Positions 62,774-64,000 of a stretch of DNA of 64,000 bases are shown here, one piece after another. This stretch comes from a virus. The notes under the pieces were generated by a model. The model saw only the letters and a program-made list of their open reading frames with translations. It was not told where the DNA came from and did no database searches. Each line of letters starts with the position of its first letter. The first letter of the stretch is position 1. The stretch lies in IMG/VR virus record IMGVR_UViG_3300012348_000173, positions 1-64,000 of that record, one strand, 5' to 3'. The position numbers and the translations under genes are program-made.

Positions 62774-63763
62774 TTAAGCAGACGGTATAATTGTGATTGC
62801 TGACCGTGTATTATTTATTGATCTTTTTCGTATGTTAACTCTGTTGCCAACGGTATTTCCATCAATTGACGTATAGTTCCCATTTGCATCGCTGTCACTA
62901 TTAGCGATCCCAACGTGAGATATTGCAAACGTCACTATGTCTCCTCTCTTAACATACCTAGGATTAAATCTAAGTTGTGCATATGGCTTATTTACAGCCC
63001 ACTCTTCAAAACCAAACGCTTTTGCGGTTTTTGGTCGAGCTGTTTCTGGTAAAACTCCAGACGTTCTTATACACCATGATGCGAAAGCTGCACACCATGC
63101 CTGCCTTGCAGAATATCCGCCTGGATATTCGGTGGCGCTCCAATATTTCTGAATACCAGGCCCTTGGTTATCGGACGTCTCAATGATACCTTGTCGATAT
63201 TCATTTTCTGCAACAGCTGCTAACTTATCACCTGCCCCGCCAGCAATGGTTGGCGGGGTTTGCGTAGAATCAAAGGATGTCGTTATTGGTATAGCATTTG
63301 AGTATACTCCTGTTGCGGTGCTTCCTGCACCATAACTATTCATTACAGTTGATGCTCCAGGCGCAGTTAATGTACCTGCCTCAGGAGGAATATCATTACC
63401 CAGGAAAGAACCAAATGTCTTATGCGGATCGCCATATCCCATGTTTGATGTCACGTCAAACCCAACATCATAACCACTCGCGGACGCGATTGTTGCGACA
63501 ACTACAGGATCTTGCAGTTCTTGACCATCTCTAAAAAATCCAAACACCCATGTATTTGGAACCAATGCAGTTGCACTTATACCAATGCCAGCAACACTTG
63601 CTGACGTAGTTGGAAGCATTACCGTGGCAAGAGGCAAATCTATTGTGGGTAACTGCGTGCGGTCAGGCGTATGATAACCAAGACAGCGAACACGAACACG
63701 ACCTTGTCCTGTAGGATCATTTACGTCTTCAACTATACCAACAAACCAATCATTAATTATCAT
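62774..63763 (-). CDS. gp5: gp5 N-terminal OB-fold fused to a CHAP amidase domain
   Basis: WF.GIVED..DP...GRVRVRC.G.H, WVFGFF.DG...Q.P; WCAAFASW, GDIV.F, HVGI, DGNT. Confidence 0.85.
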   Translation of the reverse strand: MIINDWFVGIVEDVNDPTGQGRVRVRCLGYHTPDRTQLPTIDLPLATVMLPTTSASVAGIGISATALVPNTWVFGFFRDGQELQDPVVVATIASASGYDVGFDVTSNMGYGDPHKTFGSFLGNDIPPEAGTLTAPGASTVMNSYGAGSTATGVYSNAIPITTSFDSTQTPPTIAGGAGDKLAAVAENEYRQGIIETSDNQGPGIQKYWSATEYPGGYSARQAWCAAFASWCIRTSGVLPETARPKTAKAFGFEEWAVNKPYAQLRFNPRYVKRGDIVTFAISHVGIANSDSDANGNYTSIDGNTVGNRVNIRKRSINNTRSAITIIPSA

Positions 63764-64000
63764 ACGTTATCTCTAATTATTTTTGCGCGTGTTGTGTAGT
63801 AACCATTCTCAAATGTATGAACCGCAACTGCAACAACATAATAACCACTTAAGCTATAATCTTTGTCGTCGCTTTCTTCAGGCTTCTTTTTAACATCATC
63901 ATAAAACTTCTTTATGTTTGCGGCCTTTGGAATTTCTATGCGTATTTTCTTACCTGGGTTTAAAGCAAAATCCCCATACACAACAATCTCATGCGATTGT
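63760..64000 (-). CDS. C-terminal part of a baseplate hub protein (gp27-like), truncated by the window
   Basis: GDF.L.PG..I....SGYY.V..V.H.F..G.Y.T; directly upstream of gp5. Confidence 0.6.
   Translation of the reverse strand, partial: QSHEIVVYGDFALNPGKKIRIEIPKAANIKKFYDDVKKKPEESDDKDYSLSGYYVVAVAVHTFENGYYTTRAKIIRDNV

Overview
This window is a 64-kb segment of a T4-like (Tevenvirinae/Kyanoviridae-type) myophage genome. Almost every gene is on the minus strand. In transcription order (right to left) it holds: baseplate hub and wedge genes (partial gp27-like, a split gp5, gp25, gp6, gp7, gp8, VrlC-like); a fibre block (tail-collar/RCC1 protein, two collagen-like fibres, a trypsin-like protease); a three-gene sugar cassette (unknown, UDP-galactopyranose mutase, GT14-like); a holin-like gene and a GTA-type head-spike pair; neck, tail and head genes gp13-gp23 with a GIY-YIG homing endonuclease between gp16 and gp17; gp3, uvsY, uvsW, gp55, gp47, gp46; a CobT-like/MoxR AAA pair; gp45, dsbA, gp44, gp62, regA, an Ntn hydrolase, hsp20, gp43, a MazG-like gene and an AEP primase. 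No tRNA, rRNA or CRISPR array was seen and the host cannot be assigned. The strongest candidate for an undescribed system is the prohead core: gp22 carries three unrelated inserted domains and gp67 a duplicated-domain extension, each bounded by apparent gp21 protease sites and, in gp22, by repeated linker DNA, suggesting modular capsid cargo. Other highlights are pervasive leaderless promoter-ATG geometry, two near-identical orphan antisense promoters, a ROSE-like thermometer on hsp20, and a late glycosylation cassette beside Thr-rich collagen fibres. All family calls come from motif recognition and synteny; no searches were run.
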